A stretch of 64,000 nucleotides of DNA from Hypanus sabinus (taxonomy: Eukaryota), in NCBI RefSeq assembly GCF_030144855.1, contig NC_082716.1, forward strand, positions 60,140,001-60,204,000, written 5' to 3'. Below are positions 25,555 through 39,909 of the stretch, piece by piece. A program made the translations under genes and the position numbers. Within the stretch, counting starts at the first letter, position 1. Each line of letters begins with the position of its first letter. Below the pieces are notes generated by a model. That model did no database searches. It was given only the letters and a program-made list of their open reading frames with translations, and was not told where the DNA came from.

Positions 25555-26489
25555 CTAAAATAAAAAGGGGACCAGAATTTCAATACATAGTGCATCTCTA
25601 ACAAAGGAAAACATTGCAAGATAAAGGCAAGTTGTACATAGGGGAAGAGATATTAGGAAGTGTTTGGCCAAAATGGGTAGTTTGAGTAGTGTAAAGAAGG
25701 TTGATTACTTTAGATGAATTTCAGAACATGGAGCTAGGGAGCTGAAGTCACAATTGGCAATTGTGAAACAGAGACTAAAGGTGGAGGTGCACATCAGAAA
25801 GTGGTGGTAACATCCTTAAAATCACCTCTGCATCCTTAAAATGCACATCCTGCTGCATCACTCCTCTGGTATGTAGTCATCAGAACTGTGGCACGTAACT
25901 ACTATGTTATACAATTATAGCATGATCTTCCTGCACTTATATAATGTCTCTGGCCGATACAGGCAAATACTCAGGTTTTTTAAAAAATCACTAGTCCTGC
26001 TCCCTTCAGTGATCTATTCCTTTAGATTTCTTAGTATATGACAACTTAAGGTGTTCACCCTTGCATTGTTTTGCCTTCTGAAATAGACTACCTTTTTTAC
26101 TTGAATTCCCACTTGCTTCCTTTGTGCTCACCCTATTAATCCACTAATAACCAAACTTTTCTTTCCCATTATCAACGACCCTAGCAATTTTGGTATCAAT
26201 ATCAAACTTATTAACTGCAGTCTACGTTTAAATCCAATTTAGAACAGTATAACACAGGAATAGGATCTTCAGCCCAAAATGTCAGTGTCATCCATTACAC
26301 CATTTTAAACTGCACATGGTTTTTTATTCCTCCATTTCCAGCCTGTTCACGTGTCAGTCAAAATGCCCCTTAAATATTGCTGTCAAATCTGCTTCCATGG
26401 AAGTGCAGGTTATTAACCATGCATTAATTCTTTACTTTTTCTCAACTTGCACAATTATTGCTGTTATACCTGCTTCCACCACATAGGTT

Positions 26490-26600
26490 AGGTAGCATCT
26501 ATGGAGGGGAGTAAACAGTTGATATTTTGGGCTGAGACCTTCCATCAGAATTGGAAGGGAAGTGGGAAGAAGCTAGAATAAGACGATATGGGGAGGGGAA
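26490..26600 (-). mobile_element. Penelope-like terminal repeat fragment
   Basis: Reverse complement reads ttctgatggaaggtctcagcccaaaatatcaactg; homologous to 22400-22470. Confidence 0.7.
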
Positions 26601-27242
26601 GGAGCAGAAAATATACTCTCCCTCTTTTCTTTCTTTTTATATTGTTGATTGTTCATTCCATAGGTGCTGTCTGACCTGATTTCCTTCTGTATTTTGTGAT
26701 GGTACAATTTCTAGTTCACTTTTGCTAAATCATATCTTTTGCCCTAATATATCTCGTCTAAGCCCAGTTTAGAAGAGTTACTCCTGCACTATACTTGTCT
26801 TTTTTTTTCCACAATCACGGTAAATTTAACTGAATTAGGATTATTGCTTCCAGAATGTCCTCACGATGATATCCTTTCCACTCAACTAGATTCATTCCTT
26901 AAAACTTTTTCTCTTGTATCCTTATTTGAATGATTTTTAAAAAAATCATGGCAACAAATTATTTACCAAATAATCCAAGTAAAATTAAAATCAGTGTGAT
27001 AGTTTACAAAGAATATAGCATCAAAATCTAAAATGACACACTCGCACACATAGATCACTATAAAGTTATAAGCAGGTGGGACAGGAGTTAAACAGAGGTG
27101 TGTGAGAGAGAGAGACAACAGATACATATACTGGACAAAGACAAAATGCAACAGGTAAACAGATAGTTGATAGGCAAGGTGTTAGGCAAATAACAGGCGA
27201 GGAAACAGACATGTTAAAGGATATCAGAGGATACAAACTTAC

Positions 27243-27359
27243 CATTCTGCTGTGATGTATCTTCTACATTAAGATCTACCACAGAGGAAACTGCCTTAGA
27301 CTGCGTTTGAAAAGATGAAAACATACCAGTGTCTCGAACAGGTGGTGAGGGCACGCAAT
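27243..27359 (-). CDS. PDE4DIP: Myomegalin exon (DCVPSPPVRDTGMFSS...)
   Basis: ctttgtag acceptor and G|gtaag donor; 117 nt, phase 1 to 1; conserved SPPVRD motif. Confidence 0.92.
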
Positions 27360-28809
27360 CTACAAAGTTCATAAACAACACAAAACATCAGAAAACAAGT
27401 GAATTTTGTTTTCAGAATAGAAACATAGAAAAACTATGGCACAATACAGGCCCTTTGGCCCACAATGCTGTGCCGAACATATACCTACTTTAGAAATTAC
27501 CTAGGGTTACCCATAGCCAGGTTTTTCTAAGCTCCATGTGCCTGTACTGGCTCTTCTTATATTTACATGCTAAACATAGATATTTTTTCACTTACAAATA
27601 TCAGCTGCAGTATTCAAAACCAGGAGAAGCATTAAGATAGTTACTGAAACAGATCATTGAATGGGATCAGCAATAATATTTATTAACTGAAATAACAAGA
27701 AACCTTAATAATTATTTTAAAACAGTGATGCAGATAAATTATCAGTTCATAAGATCTCTAACCATTTTACCTGAGCATCTGACTCCATATTAATTGTTTG
27801 AGACCGGAAGGCCAGGTTTTTGATCTTTCTATACAAGTTTCTCTCTGCCCAGTTGGTATGAGGCAAGCTAAGGGCTCCTCTAGTAATGCTAACCCTAACC
27901 TATATTAAGATCAGTAACATGTCATGAGATGTAGTGCTATCTCCAATTGAAGGATGTCAACCCATGGTGACTTCATTGGAATCTCAGAAATAAAAAAAAA
28001 TCATTTAATTAATTCAAATTGTTGCAATCTGGAGTGTCAGAGTTATTGCAATATTTCCAGGCAAGTTCTACTCAGTAGCAAGCTTTTGAATAATAGATCT
28101 TAGGGAAAAGATATTATTTACTTAGGATACCTGCATGCCTTAAGATCACACTGAAGTACAGCTAAACTCAGTCAAAGCAATACCATAGTTGTAAAGGGAA
28201 AGAGATTTTGTTTTAAATTAAATTATTTATTTTTGCCTGGTTTCTTGTAGACACATCTGTTTTCCGTGCTCAAAAAAAACCTCAGAACATTTCTGGATCA
28301 AGGAGGAAGTTTGTTCATTGGCAAAAAAGTTTCTACCTCCAACTCTTACATAACTAACATTAAATTATTGTGTGAGAGAAGTAATTTAGATCCAAAAAAT
28401 TATAAAAATGATAAACTATGGTAAATTGTGTTCTTTAAATTTACCATTAAAAAAACTTGCATTTCTCACCATATGCAAATAAATTAAGGTTCACAATATG
28501 TGACCAGGTGAATTAAAAAGGTGCACTTCTTTGAGATATTCTCCAAGGAAGCCTGGCAATAGGCCTAAAGTTGCTTAGAATGCAATGGTGTTAAGAACAC
28601 ACTAGTATTTTATATTTCTGATTGTTGCTGTGATCTATTGTAAATATAAATGTAAAAAGATGAACAGACTAACACCAATTAAACAGTCATGATTTGATAA
28701 ATTTCATGTCTAAAATTCCCAAAACTTAGTAAACTCCAAGTAAAGGAATTTTAGACATGAAATTTTTGGAGGAAAATGGAAGGCTTTTCTATTTATCCAC
28801 TAGCCTCAC

Positions 28810-29043
28810 CCTGGAATAGCTGTTTATTGATCATATGTTCATTGGCTGATGAAGTCAAGTGATTGATATTGAGGCTGGCTGGCCGATGTTCATCCATTTG
28901 ATCCTTCAGCTGCTTCTGCAGGCAGCCATTGGTGTGAATACTGTGCTCCAGCTGAATCCGAAGGCTTCTGATTTCCATCAGGAAGTCGCTGATGTCAAAG
29001 GCTTGATGCCCACCAGCATGATGTTGAACACCTCCAGGATAAA
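28810..29043 (-). CDS. PDE4DIP: Myomegalin exon (...LMEIRSLRIQLEHSIHTNGCLQKQL...KQLFQ)
   Basis: cctctcag acceptor and G|gtgagg donor; 234 nt, phase 1 to 1. Confidence 0.94.
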
Positions 29044-29659
29044 CTGAGAGGGGAAAATGGTTATGTTTTAAAATTATGAATTTACTTTTTATTTATTCCT
29101 CTAATTCTTGACCTAGAGCAGGTCACAATACTGTTTATAAAAAGTAAGATCTTGAAATCAAAGGAACAGTATAATACCACGTGTCAATATTGTCTATTTG
29201 ATATATTAACAGTTGTCAGAGGTGCTGGCATTTAAAATTCCAGATATTGTTTCTTCAGCCAGTTCTTAAAACTCATCATTGAAGCAACATTCTTACAGCT
29301 AAGTAGTGCTGCTGCTGATTGGATAGATACCACAATGATGGTAAGGAGAAGATCAGGCTCTAAACATTACATTTTGTGCGGGAGGCACAGATACCTTCCA
29401 GGCTCCAGCGAGGTGGATCTGGCAGGAGTACCACCGACATCCTTGTAAAGATATGAGCATTGTCTATAAAAGCCCACAGACTGGGGAAGCCCTTACAAGA
29501 CCTGCCTTTGTGCACTGTGGGAAAAGCCTACTATCCTTAAGATAGTGCTTGGGTGATAGCTTTAATGCAGCAGAGGGCAAGAAACTGCAATGGATGGAGG
29601 AATATCTTCAGGTTGGAAAGCTAGGAGTACCATGGTCAAAGGAGTCGAGGTTTCCGCTT

Positions 29660-30435
29660 AATTTCTTAAATCAGGAATCTTTATATACATTATACTGTTC
29701 ACTTATAGTCCCATACATGACTTACTGTGTAGAGGTAGGGGGAAATACATACAAAACAATTACAAATTCAATTTTTCTACTCCAATAGAAAGTTATATGA
29801 ATTGTAAATAAGACAAGTTATTATGAGCCAACAAATCCACTATTTATTCAACTAAACAATTCAAAATTCAGAGATTTTGTGGATTTTAAAATAATACAAA
29901 TTACGTATAAAGTAAAAAATGGACAACTACCATAAAGTATCCAAAGGTGGTTTAAAATGAGAGAAAGTCAACATGATTTTAGAGGAACATGTATATTTCA
30001 AAAACAAAGGATAAGAACAAATGTAAAAAATCATTGTATTTCAGTCAGAGGGGTGAATCTGTGGAACAGTTGTAGTAAGAATCTAAAAACATGCACTATA
30101 CTTAACAATTTAAAAATTATTTAATGAACAAATATAAAATACATGATTTAAAATGAATGGGAGTAATGTAAATAAATTATATTTGGAATTGGATTCTGTG
30201 TTAAAAGACCATGAAATTTTTTTTGTTTTTGATGTGATGATTGACGCCAAATATGTTGTTGTATAAGTAAGAGGTGTAGGCATAATAAGCTGTAGTTTCA
30301 GCCTACACCCTTTCGGTCTGTTTTAAAGAATATCTATTTCTTTTGTTGTAATTTTGTCCTTTGAAATCATCATTGTAAATTATGCTTTTTGTTATGTTTG
30401 TACTGACCAAAATAAATTAATTTCATTCATTCATC
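29660..30435 (+). mobile_element. L2/Crack-clade LINE 3' fragment, AT-rich
   Basis: LYTLYCSLIVPYMTYCVEVGGNTYKT..IFLLQ and SVRGVNLWN motifs; ends in aaataaa plus (ttca)n. Confidence 0.75.
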
Positions 30436-31479
30436 TGTTTTCAGATAACTAGACAAACAAAGCAGGTTGAGTATTAGACCTTTAACTAGTATAGTTTGAG
30501 AGGAAGCTGGGTTGTTCAATTCCTGTTGTGTGAGTGAACAGTAATTGTTTTTCATGGCAGTGATGTTGGGGGAAAAAAACACAGTAGAAACAAATTTTGC
30601 AAATTGCACAACAGTACAAGTTATTTGGGAGAACCACTTAAAAAGATCAATTTCCCAAGTGGTGAGACCCAGAAATCGGCAAAATAATACTTCAATCCAG
30701 GTTGAGCTGATTTTCACTATTTATCTTTGAGTTATGCAAAGGAATTTCTGGGCCCATTTATTTCTAATATGAATCCTAAATTGCCTCTTTCAGATAGACA
30801 GGAATAGTTTTGCTATTTTTTCCCTGTAACTAAATTGAAACACTGTAGATTAAATTAATATCCATTTTCCATGTACTTGCATTGAATTTTCTATTTCTCT
30901 TCTCTCACAGTGCTTTCTTTGTCTCTCATCTGGTTTGAATTGCCACTTGCAAGTGTAGCTAAATGCCACAGAGTCATACAGCACTGTAAAAGGCCCATTG
31001 GCCCAATTCTTTCATGTTGAGCAAGATCCCCATCTAAACTGGTTCCATCTGCCACTATTTGATCCTTATCCTTCTAAAGTTTCCTATCCATGTTTCATAC
31101 ATCAAATAATGATGTTCTCTCTTAAGAAACTGGAGCAGACCATTTTTTTCCAACTGCAGCTCAGTTGGTAATTTTCTGAAATGCAGGGCTGCATGCATTA
31201 AGAAACACAAGTTGAGAAAAGTATTTTTTTTCACCAATTTGGTAAGAGTAAATTTTATTCCATATCTCAAAACCATATCCTCACCCATCCTACCTCAATT
31301 TAAAACTGCCTTATTTTCTCTTGTTTCCACTTTTTTCTGGCGAAGTTTCTTTGACTTGAAATATTAAGTCTGCTTCTCTTTCCATTGATGCTGTTAACCC
31401 GAGTCTTCAGAATTAGTTCAAGTGTGTATTTGAAATAGAACTTGTTGAAAAATTATTATTTCGATATAGACTGTTTTCA

Positions 31480-32125
31480 GCCTGGCCTCTTCACTCAGCA
31501 TCAGCAAGACCAAGGAACTGATTATAGATTTCAAGAGGGGAAATCAGGAGAATATGCAACATTCCTCCTTGAGGCAACAACAGTGGAAAGGGTGTCAACA
31601 TCTCCAAGAATTTGTCCTGGGCCCAAAACATTGATGCAATTATGAAAAATCAAGCTGCGGCTCTATTTCATTAGAAGTTTGAGAAGATTTGGTATGTCAT
31701 CAAAGACTCTTGCAAATTTCTATAAATATATGCTGGAGAGTATTCTGACTGGTATCAAGGCTCCACAGCACAGGATTACAAGAAGGATGTAGATTCACCA
31801 ACTTTTGTCATGGATGCAACACTCCCCACTATTGAGGTTATATTCAAGAGGGTAGCAATCATCAGTAAAGATCCCTATCACCTAGGACATGTTATTACTT
31901 GTTATTATCATCAGGGAGGAGGTACAGAAGCTGGAAAACACACACTCAAAGATTTAGGAACAACTTCTTCCCTTCTGTCTTCGTATTTTTGAACAGTCCA
32001 TGGACCTATGAACTGTTCAAAAATACTGCTTTATTTTGTAATTTACAGTAATTTTATGTCTCTGCAATGTAATGCTGCTATAACTCAACAAATTTCATAT
32101 ATTAGATGGCGATAATACACTTGAC
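31480..32125 (+). mobile_element. Rex1/Babar-like LINE 3' fragment
   Basis: aagaccaaggaactgattatagatttc (KTKELIIDF) and aagactcttgcaaatttctat (KTLANFY); homologous to 38090-38690. Confidence 0.75.
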
Positions 32126-35100
32126 TGATTTTTATAAAGAATTAATGATCACTTTGTAATGGGAAGAATGATTAAAATGGAAAGCATTCTACATTTTGTT
32201 TAGAAAAGGAGAAACTTGGGTCTGACATTTGTATCTTAAAGGCCATTGTACAAAGGTATTAAGCAGAGTTGGCTAATGTAACATAGATGAAAAGGCACAA
32301 GCATAGATAAACAGTTACACCCATTGAAGATTATATTTCACAATTATCAATAATATCACACTGCAAAATAGACTGTGAAGAAAGCCAATTCATCTGCAGT
32401 GAACTTAAGTTAAAGATGGTGTCAGTTGAAAGAAAAGGTTATAAAGAAGACAAAGGCCAAGCTTAGACCTGCGAAGATTTTACTGAATGGTGAAACAGAG
32501 ATCTTCAGCTCTATTCTCTTTATCTCACAATTTATTTTTTCATAAACATTTATTTGCACTTGTAGCTTCAAAACCTAAGCTCCATCTATCATTCAGCAAG
32601 GCTTCCATAATACCTCCAGCCAGACTCCAATAGAATGGCTCAGAAAAGGACTCAGAAGAGGATACACCGGCTCCTAACTATATTAGCTCATAATTTGTTT
32701 TTACAGCATAGAAGTAAACCATTCAGCCCAGTGAATCTACACAGTCTCTCAGAGCAATACCCTCAAAACCATTATCCCATTTATTTCTCTGTAACTTACC
32801 CCACCTAACATCACTTAATTTACAATAAACCAATTAGCCCATAAACTAGTGCACTGTTGCTTTGTCAGCGGAAACTAGAGCTTAATAAATTAGTTGCTAT
32901 AAAGTAGCCTCAGTCTTGACAAGTGGTAGAAGAATCAGAGAAAATTAAGAACAAGAAGATGCGAGCAGGAGTAGGCCATCTGGTCTGTTGAGCCTGTTCC
33001 GCCATTCAATAAGATCACGGCAGATCTGACCATGGACTCATCTCCACCTACCTGCCTTTTCCTCATAATCCTGAATTCCCCTACTATACAAAATTCTATC
33101 CAATTTTGACTTAAATACTGAGGTATTAATAGGTATGTGAGGGATTGTAGGTTACAGGAGAATAAGTAGGGGTAGAAGGTTGATGGGAGTGCTCTTAGAG
33201 ATGGCCAAATGGCACCCTTTTATGTTCTAGTCAAATCTCAAAAAAGCACTAGCTTAATTCATAGTATTATGTGAAGTGGATTAAGAACATAAAAGTGAGA
33301 GTGATCTTTTGGTCTCCTCAAGGCTGCACTGCCATTCAGTAAGATCATAGTTCATCTTTTACTCAAGCAGCACTTTCCTCTGCTAATTCAATTTACCTTA
33401 CTCCCTCAATATCTTAAAAATACATGGACTAACTGCACTTCCATGACCCTCTTAGTTAGAAAATTCCAAAGATTACCCTTGCAATAAAGAAATTTCTTAT
33501 AATCTTTGTCCTGAATGGACTCTTCCTGTGACCCCAAGTTCTAAACACCCAAGGCAAAGGAAACATCCTTGCATTTACACTATTAACTGCCTTAACTATT
33601 TTGTATGATTCATTTATCTCCCTTATAAAAACTCCAAAAAGTATAGCCCAGATTGACCAGCTTCTCCTCATACAAGAAACTTGCCATTCTCGGAATGAAT
33701 CTTGTTCACTGCCTTTATCAAGTCAACTTTTATTGTCATTTCAACCATAACTGCTGGTACAGTGCATAGTAAAAATGAGACAACGTTTTTCAGGACCATG
33801 GTGTTACATGACACAGTACAAAAAACGAGACTGAACTACGTAATATAAAAAAACACAGAGAAAGCTACACTAGACTACAGACCTACACAGGACTGCATAA
33901 GGTGCACAAAACAGTGCAGGCATTACAATAAATAATAATAATATAAATAATAATTCTGCAAGTAGGGAGGCAAATCCTATATACAATCTCCCAGATGAAG
34001 ATTCACCAAAGATGCTTAACCATCTCTACGATTGTACTTAAATGCTCTTGCAATAAAGATACCATAGCTTTTGACTTATTATCAATTTAGTCATTCTATA
34101 ACATGATCGTAACAGTGATTCTTTCCTGTGTATGTGACATTGTTGATTTTCAATGGGTTGCTAACCTCTGTAGTATCAAAGAATGGTGTAATGGCCTTCC
34201 AGCTGTGGATTTTGAATGGGTTGTATATAATTGACAATTCAAGAAAGCCAGTGAACTTTTTCTATTAACTTATCCACTCAGGGTGATAAAAATACTTTAA
34301 CTTGTACACTGGGCTTTTGAGAAAAACATGATTATGGAGGCATGTCTTTAGTATTGAAATGTGAACAACTTTGGTAGTTTTCTCTACATTTTGCATTCAC
34401 TTGTTTTAACGGTTGAAATCCAAGTAGCTGTACTGAATCAGGACTGTATACAATCCAAATATTGTTTTGAGAGCATAATGTACTAATGAAAATATTCATA
34501 GGATTGATTTAAATGTGATTACATCTGTATATGACAGATTGTTTTTATCCTTAAATCTAAGGCAAAGTCTCATCCTTACTGTGACACAGGAGACCTCTCA
34601 GCCCAGTTTCATATTGGTACACAGGTGCAATCCCAATTTTTTTCCTTCACCCTCCTCTTATTTCCCTGTAATTTTGTAACCTACTTTCTGCACGCACATG
34701 GCCATCAACTTCACTATGATTCTTTTTGCCAATATTAAAAGGCTTTTAGCCTACCATCATGGCTTTGGGACTGGGAAAAGGCAAAAGAATCCAAAGGGAA
34801 CCTATGCAGTGATGGAGAGAATGTGTAAACTCTACAAATATTGGTCTTGATAAATTAGTTGGGTGTTTTCCTGTCCTTAATTTTTCAGCTGTTTCTTTGG
34901 TTCAGTTTGCGAAATATAATTTTGGTCTAGAATGCTAAAAATATACTAAAATGTCTTCCCAAAAGAAAATGCTGCTGTTAATAATCACCACAAACCAAAT
35001 ACATTATGTATTCCCAAACTGATCTTAATCAAGTACACTGTACACTAAATCTTAATAATGTTTGGCAAGACACAAGAAAAGATCAGTTTGATTATGCTAA

Positions 35101-35418
35101 TTTTCAATGTGAACATACTAAATAAATGTAGTGGTTACACATCACAGATACAGAAAGATGCATGGTGTCCTATCAATACTTCCCATGGGATATGTTATTC
35201 CATTGACATCAACAGAGTTAATTATCAGGCAATATGGTAAATAAGTGCCCATAGTCACATGGCCAGATTAATATTATTTGTCAAAATAATCTACCAACAT
35301 TTAAAAAAAATGGTGTTGAGGAATTCAGAATTGTCCACTATGATACTTAGGACAGCATAGGCAGAATTTAAAAAATGAAAAATTTATTTGATGACATTTA
35401 AAATTGATCAGTTCCTAC

Positions 35419-35540
35419 CAGAGAAACTTTTCTTTCTTCCATACATCCTTTCATATACTTTAATCTCTGATTCCAGGGAATGAGTCAGCTGGTGGCTTTC
35501 TTTGAGCTGCTGTTGGAGCGTGGTCATCTCTTGGAACAGC
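35419..35540 (-). CDS. PDE4DIP: Myomegalin exon (RLFQEMTTLQQQLKESHQLTHSLESEIKVYERMYG...)
   Basis: atctgcccag acceptor and G|gtagga donor; 122 nt, phase 2 to 1. Confidence 0.92.
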
Positions 35541-36624
35541 CTGGGCAGATGGAGAAATCAAACATGGAAGAACAAGGAATACAAACATTATGTTTCACAG
35601 TTTAGAAATTGTTTTGCTTCTCTGCAGTAACATTATTAATAAACCAGTTTATTGGTTTGTATGAAAAGCAAAAAAAGGAATGTTTTCCTTTTGTGTCTAA
35701 ATCAATTGCAGATTTAGCCTGTGACATCAGGCTCTTTATGTTTAAAAACAATGATGACCTCAAATTGTCAGTGAAGTAAATAACATTAAAATACCAGTTA
35801 CAGATGCTTTAATTATACACTGTCTTACTGCCATTCTGATTTATATGATGTATCCCATCTTGGAATATCATTGGTTTGTGTTAAGTCTAAAATGTCACCA
35901 TTCTCTGCTTTTTTTTTTAATCACAGTCAGCACTGAAAGACTCCAGTCAAGGACAGTAGAGGCCAGAGTATTGATAGGAAAATGAAGGGGATTTTGTTCA
36001 AAGAATACAAACACCAAGCATTCAAAGTAAGAGCAGAGACACAAAAGTAGTAAGCCCTGCTTGCTGAAATAGAGTAAATGTATGATTGAATAACCATGGC
36101 AGGAAACTGCTTTCACATTGATCAAGATTGAGAATTTAATATTCCAAGATACGCAACTGTTGGAAGAGAAACAAAATGTTGTTGCTTCCCCATCAACAGT
36201 TTTCAATTTCAACCTTTGAAACCTTAAGTTGCACCTGTATTCTACACACCAGCTATTGTTATTTTTCAATTAATTTACTAACCGTATGAATTCTGTATTT
36301 TGGATTTGCATTTACTAAGTGGACTCAGTCAATTCAATAGAACTGAGAATTTGTTGCAAGAGGATTGACACTAATCATAGCAGATCTTAAGTTTAGTTTG
36401 CCTGGATAAACTGTGGCATCTAACTGCAACATTCTATGCAGTTAAAACAAGCCTTTACAATTGACATATGAATGAGTCAGTCATTTACTGATTATCTCAT
36501 TTGATTGGAACAGATAGTCCAGTGAAATCCAGCTCCACGTAATGCAGTCACTGGGTAAGTTAAATGAACAGCATAAACTGCTAATAAACTAAGTAAAAAC
36601 AGAAAACAACATCAGTCTCAGCAC

Positions 36625-36814
36625 CTATTAGTTTTGGTTTGGCTGCATTGTTGCTCCTCTCTTAGTTGTTGTGCTTTCTGCTGGCTAACCCTGACTTCTA
36701 TTTGCAGCCTCTTGTTTTCTTCCCTCCAGTGATGCAGCTCTGTCTCCAAGAGTTTGTATCTGGCCCTGGTTGTTAAAAGGGTCTCCTTCATTTGTTCCAC
36801 TTCTTTAGCCTGTT
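36625..36814 (-). CDS. PDE4DIP: Myomegalin coiled-coil exon (EQAKEVEQMKETLL...TKTNR)
   Basis: cccctatag acceptor and AG|gtgctg donor; 190 nt, phase 1 to 2. Confidence 0.93.
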
Positions 36815-37734
36815 CTATAGGGGTAAAATAAAACAAATTTCAGAACAAGAATAATTTTCTTTAGTTGCTAAGCTTTCCTCAACAATATTTTTATTGGTTT
36901 TTTTTGCTAAACTTTTGTTTTTTTTAGTTAAATATTATTATCATTAAATAAAAATAACTTTACTGATTGACAGTAGGAAGGAACATCATTCCAACAAGCT
37001 TCATAAAGCCATAAGAAAAGAAAAATAAAAACAGATAGTATGGAAATATAAGTCAGACAACATTTGTGGAGAGGGAACTAAGTTAATGCTGACGGTCAAT
37101 TTGTTTCTCTTACCATAGATTTTGCCCCATTGCTGAGTATTTCCAGCATTTTCTTTTTTTTTATTTTAGATTTTTAGCTTCTGGAGTTTATGGTTTTCCA
37201 ACAAGAAAAATATATACCACTCAAAACAAAAACAGATGAGGAGGTGTGAGCAACCAATTGGCAAAAATGATCGGGTTTAAAGAGTGCCATAAAGGAAAAG
37301 AATTTTGTTGAAAGCTGTAATAATACATTATACAGATTGGTATTACAGATTAATTTGATTATTCACAAAAAAGTGCACAATATTGATTTGATAATTCAAA
37401 TTATCTGAACAGTGTTAGTTCATACTAAGGGATGCTTTAAGCTCCTGAGATGAAGCTGCTCAACTTCTCAAGCTCCCCCGTAGAACCAGGTATGACAAAT
37501 CCGAAATTATCTAGATTCCCTAAGGGCCAGGAGAGCTTGTGTTGCAATCATGTACACTGTTGCCTGTGGAAGATCAGGCAACAAGACTGATCTTTTTTTT
37601 AACTGCAGATTCTGGAAATCTGAAATTAAAACAGAAGATGCTGGAAACATTGGGCAGGTTAGATGAACCATCTGGCTGGAACATTCAAGGACATCTTCAA
37701 TATATCACTGCTGTAGTTGGAAAAGGGCATCAAT

Positions 37735-38690
37735 CACACTGGTGCTCAAGAAGAGCAGGGTGAGGTGCCTCAATGACTATAGCCCTGTTGCACTCACACT
37801 TACTGTGAAGAAGTGCTTTGAGTGGTTAGTCATGGCCAGAATCAACTCCTGCCTAAGCAAGGACCTGGACCCACTGCTATTTGCCTATTGCCACAATAGG
37901 TCGCTGGGAGACCACAGTCAGTGTGTATCAGAAATAACACCTTCTCCTTGCTTATAATCCACACTAGCACACCTCAAAGAAGTGTGCTCAGCCTACTGCT
38001 CTACTCCCTCTACAAACTCGACTAGCAGCTAGGCACAGCTCAAGTCAAGGATAAATTCAGGGATGAGCAGCTTCAAGTTCAACATCCCTGAAGATCTATC
38101 CTGGGTCCAACACACTGATGCAATTACAAAGAAGGCACAACATTGGCTATATTTCATTTGAAGTCTGAGGAGACATGCTATGTTACCAAAGACTCTTGCA
38201 AATTTCTACAGATGTATCATGGAGAGCATTCTAACTGGTTGCATCACTGTCTGGTATGAAGGGGCCAGTGCACAGGATCAGACAAAACTGCAAAAAGTTG
38301 TAAACTCAGTCACCTCCATCATGGGCACTAGCCATCCCAGTATCGTGGACACCTTCAAAAGATGATGCCTTGAAAAAGCAACATCCATCATTAAAGACCC
38401 CCATCATCCAGGACATGCCCCCTTCTCACTGCTACCATCAAGGAGGAAGTACAGGAGCCTAAAGACACACACTCAATGTTTAGGAACAGTTTCTTCTCCC
38501 TGATATCAGATTTCTGAAAGGGCCGTGAACCCATCAACACTACCTCACTTTTTAATCTCTTTTTGCACTAATTTTCTTAATTTTGTATTATAACATATAG
38601 CAACTCATATGTATTGCACTCTGTTGCTGCAAAGAATAAACAAATTTCACAACAAATGTCAGTGATATTAAATCTGATTCAGATTCTGTA
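37735..38690 (+). mobile_element. Rex1/Babar-like LINE fragment with internal deletions
   Basis: CLNDYSPVALTLTVKKCFEWLV..LDPLLFAY and KTLANFYRCIMESILTGCITVWY; tail (attctg)-like. Confidence 0.85.
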
Positions 38691-39145
38691 AGTTGCCTGA
38701 TCTGAATTATTAACTGTTTCCCTTTCAACAGATGTTGTTTCACATTCCAAATGTTATCAGCATTTTTCTGTTCTACTTCCTTAAAATGTCTTGAAGTACA
38801 GAAACACAGAATAATCATTAAATTCAATTTAGGAATAAATAGTAGTATGAAAATGATAGTATGACTACAAGCCTGGTTGTCTGAAGGGAAAGGTTATAAA
38901 GAAAACATTGTCCAGGCCACATTATTTAGGACTTAAGCTGACCATCACCCTCTCCCTGCTTCATAAAACACCAAACTGGTGTCCTTCATTGACCTGTTTT
39001 AAAATGGGAATCTGACTCTTTCTTCTTTGAATGCTTAAACCAGTGCCACATAGAAGGTACGTATTAACTTAGTGAAGGATAACTCTTTTTATAATCAGTA
39101 ACTCTTCATTTAAAGAGGCTCTTCAGTCTCTGGTCAGGGCGTTAC

Positions 39146-39268
39146 CTTTCGAAACTTGAGTAAGCTGGCACTGGAGAGTTTGGATCTCATCCCTCAACAT
39201 TCGGTTTTCATCCGACAACTGAGTCATTATTTCTAGTCCTTGGATGTAGATGTTAGTGGGTGCAACAG
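39146..39268 (-). CDS. PDE4DIP: Myomegalin exon (VAPTNIYIQGLEIMTQLSDENRMLRDEIQTLQCQLTQVSK)
   Basis: ttcttgtag acceptor and G|gtaac donor; 123 nt, phase 1 to 1. Confidence 0.93.
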
Positions 39269-39521
39269 CTACAAGAAAACAAAAAGTACTAGGACAGACA
39301 TAATGTCAAGAGTGTTAAATCTTTATCAGGGATTCCAATTCATCAGCAGCTGAAATAAATAACCACTCATTTAAAAATGATTATCAACATAGTTAAAGTG
39401 AAGAGGACCTAATGCTGTTTTGATCTCTGTCTTCAAGTTTGACATTCCGAAGCGTATCATGTCACACCTTTCTGGATCAAACTCCATTTGCCTGTTCTCA
39501 GCCCAGCTCTGTGTGTGTATA

Positions 39522-39524
<3 letters not shown>

Positions 39525-39554
<30 letters not shown>
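39525..39554. repeat. (TA)n microsatellite
   Basis: Direct reading of the sequence. Confidence 0.95.
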
Positions 39555-39556
<2 letters not shown>

Positions 39557-39859
39557 AAGAAGGAAAAGGGGATGAAGGGGGAGACATGCAGGGAATCCCA
39601 GAGCTAGGAGTCTGGGTGGATGACAAATAAAAATGAAGAGTTGGGGGTGGGTGGGGAGGAAACTTCAGGTACAGTGGAAGTTACAGAGATAAGGGTGAAG
39701 CTAAATAAGGCCTTAAATACGAAAATGAAATGAGAATTAAAAAATTAAGGGATTGGAAACCAGAAGGTAAAATGCGGATAAAAGGGGATGGATGACAGAT
39801 TGACTGCAACATTGTTCAGAATTTTATCAGACTAATGAAATGCAACTAGGGTTATGAAA

Positions 39860-39909
39860 AAGGGGCAGAAATAAGTGAAGTAACAAGGGGCAGAAATAAG
39901 TGAAGTAAC
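39860..39909. repeat. Perfect 25-bp tandem duplication
   Basis: aaggggcagaaataagtgaagtaac x2. Confidence 0.9.
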
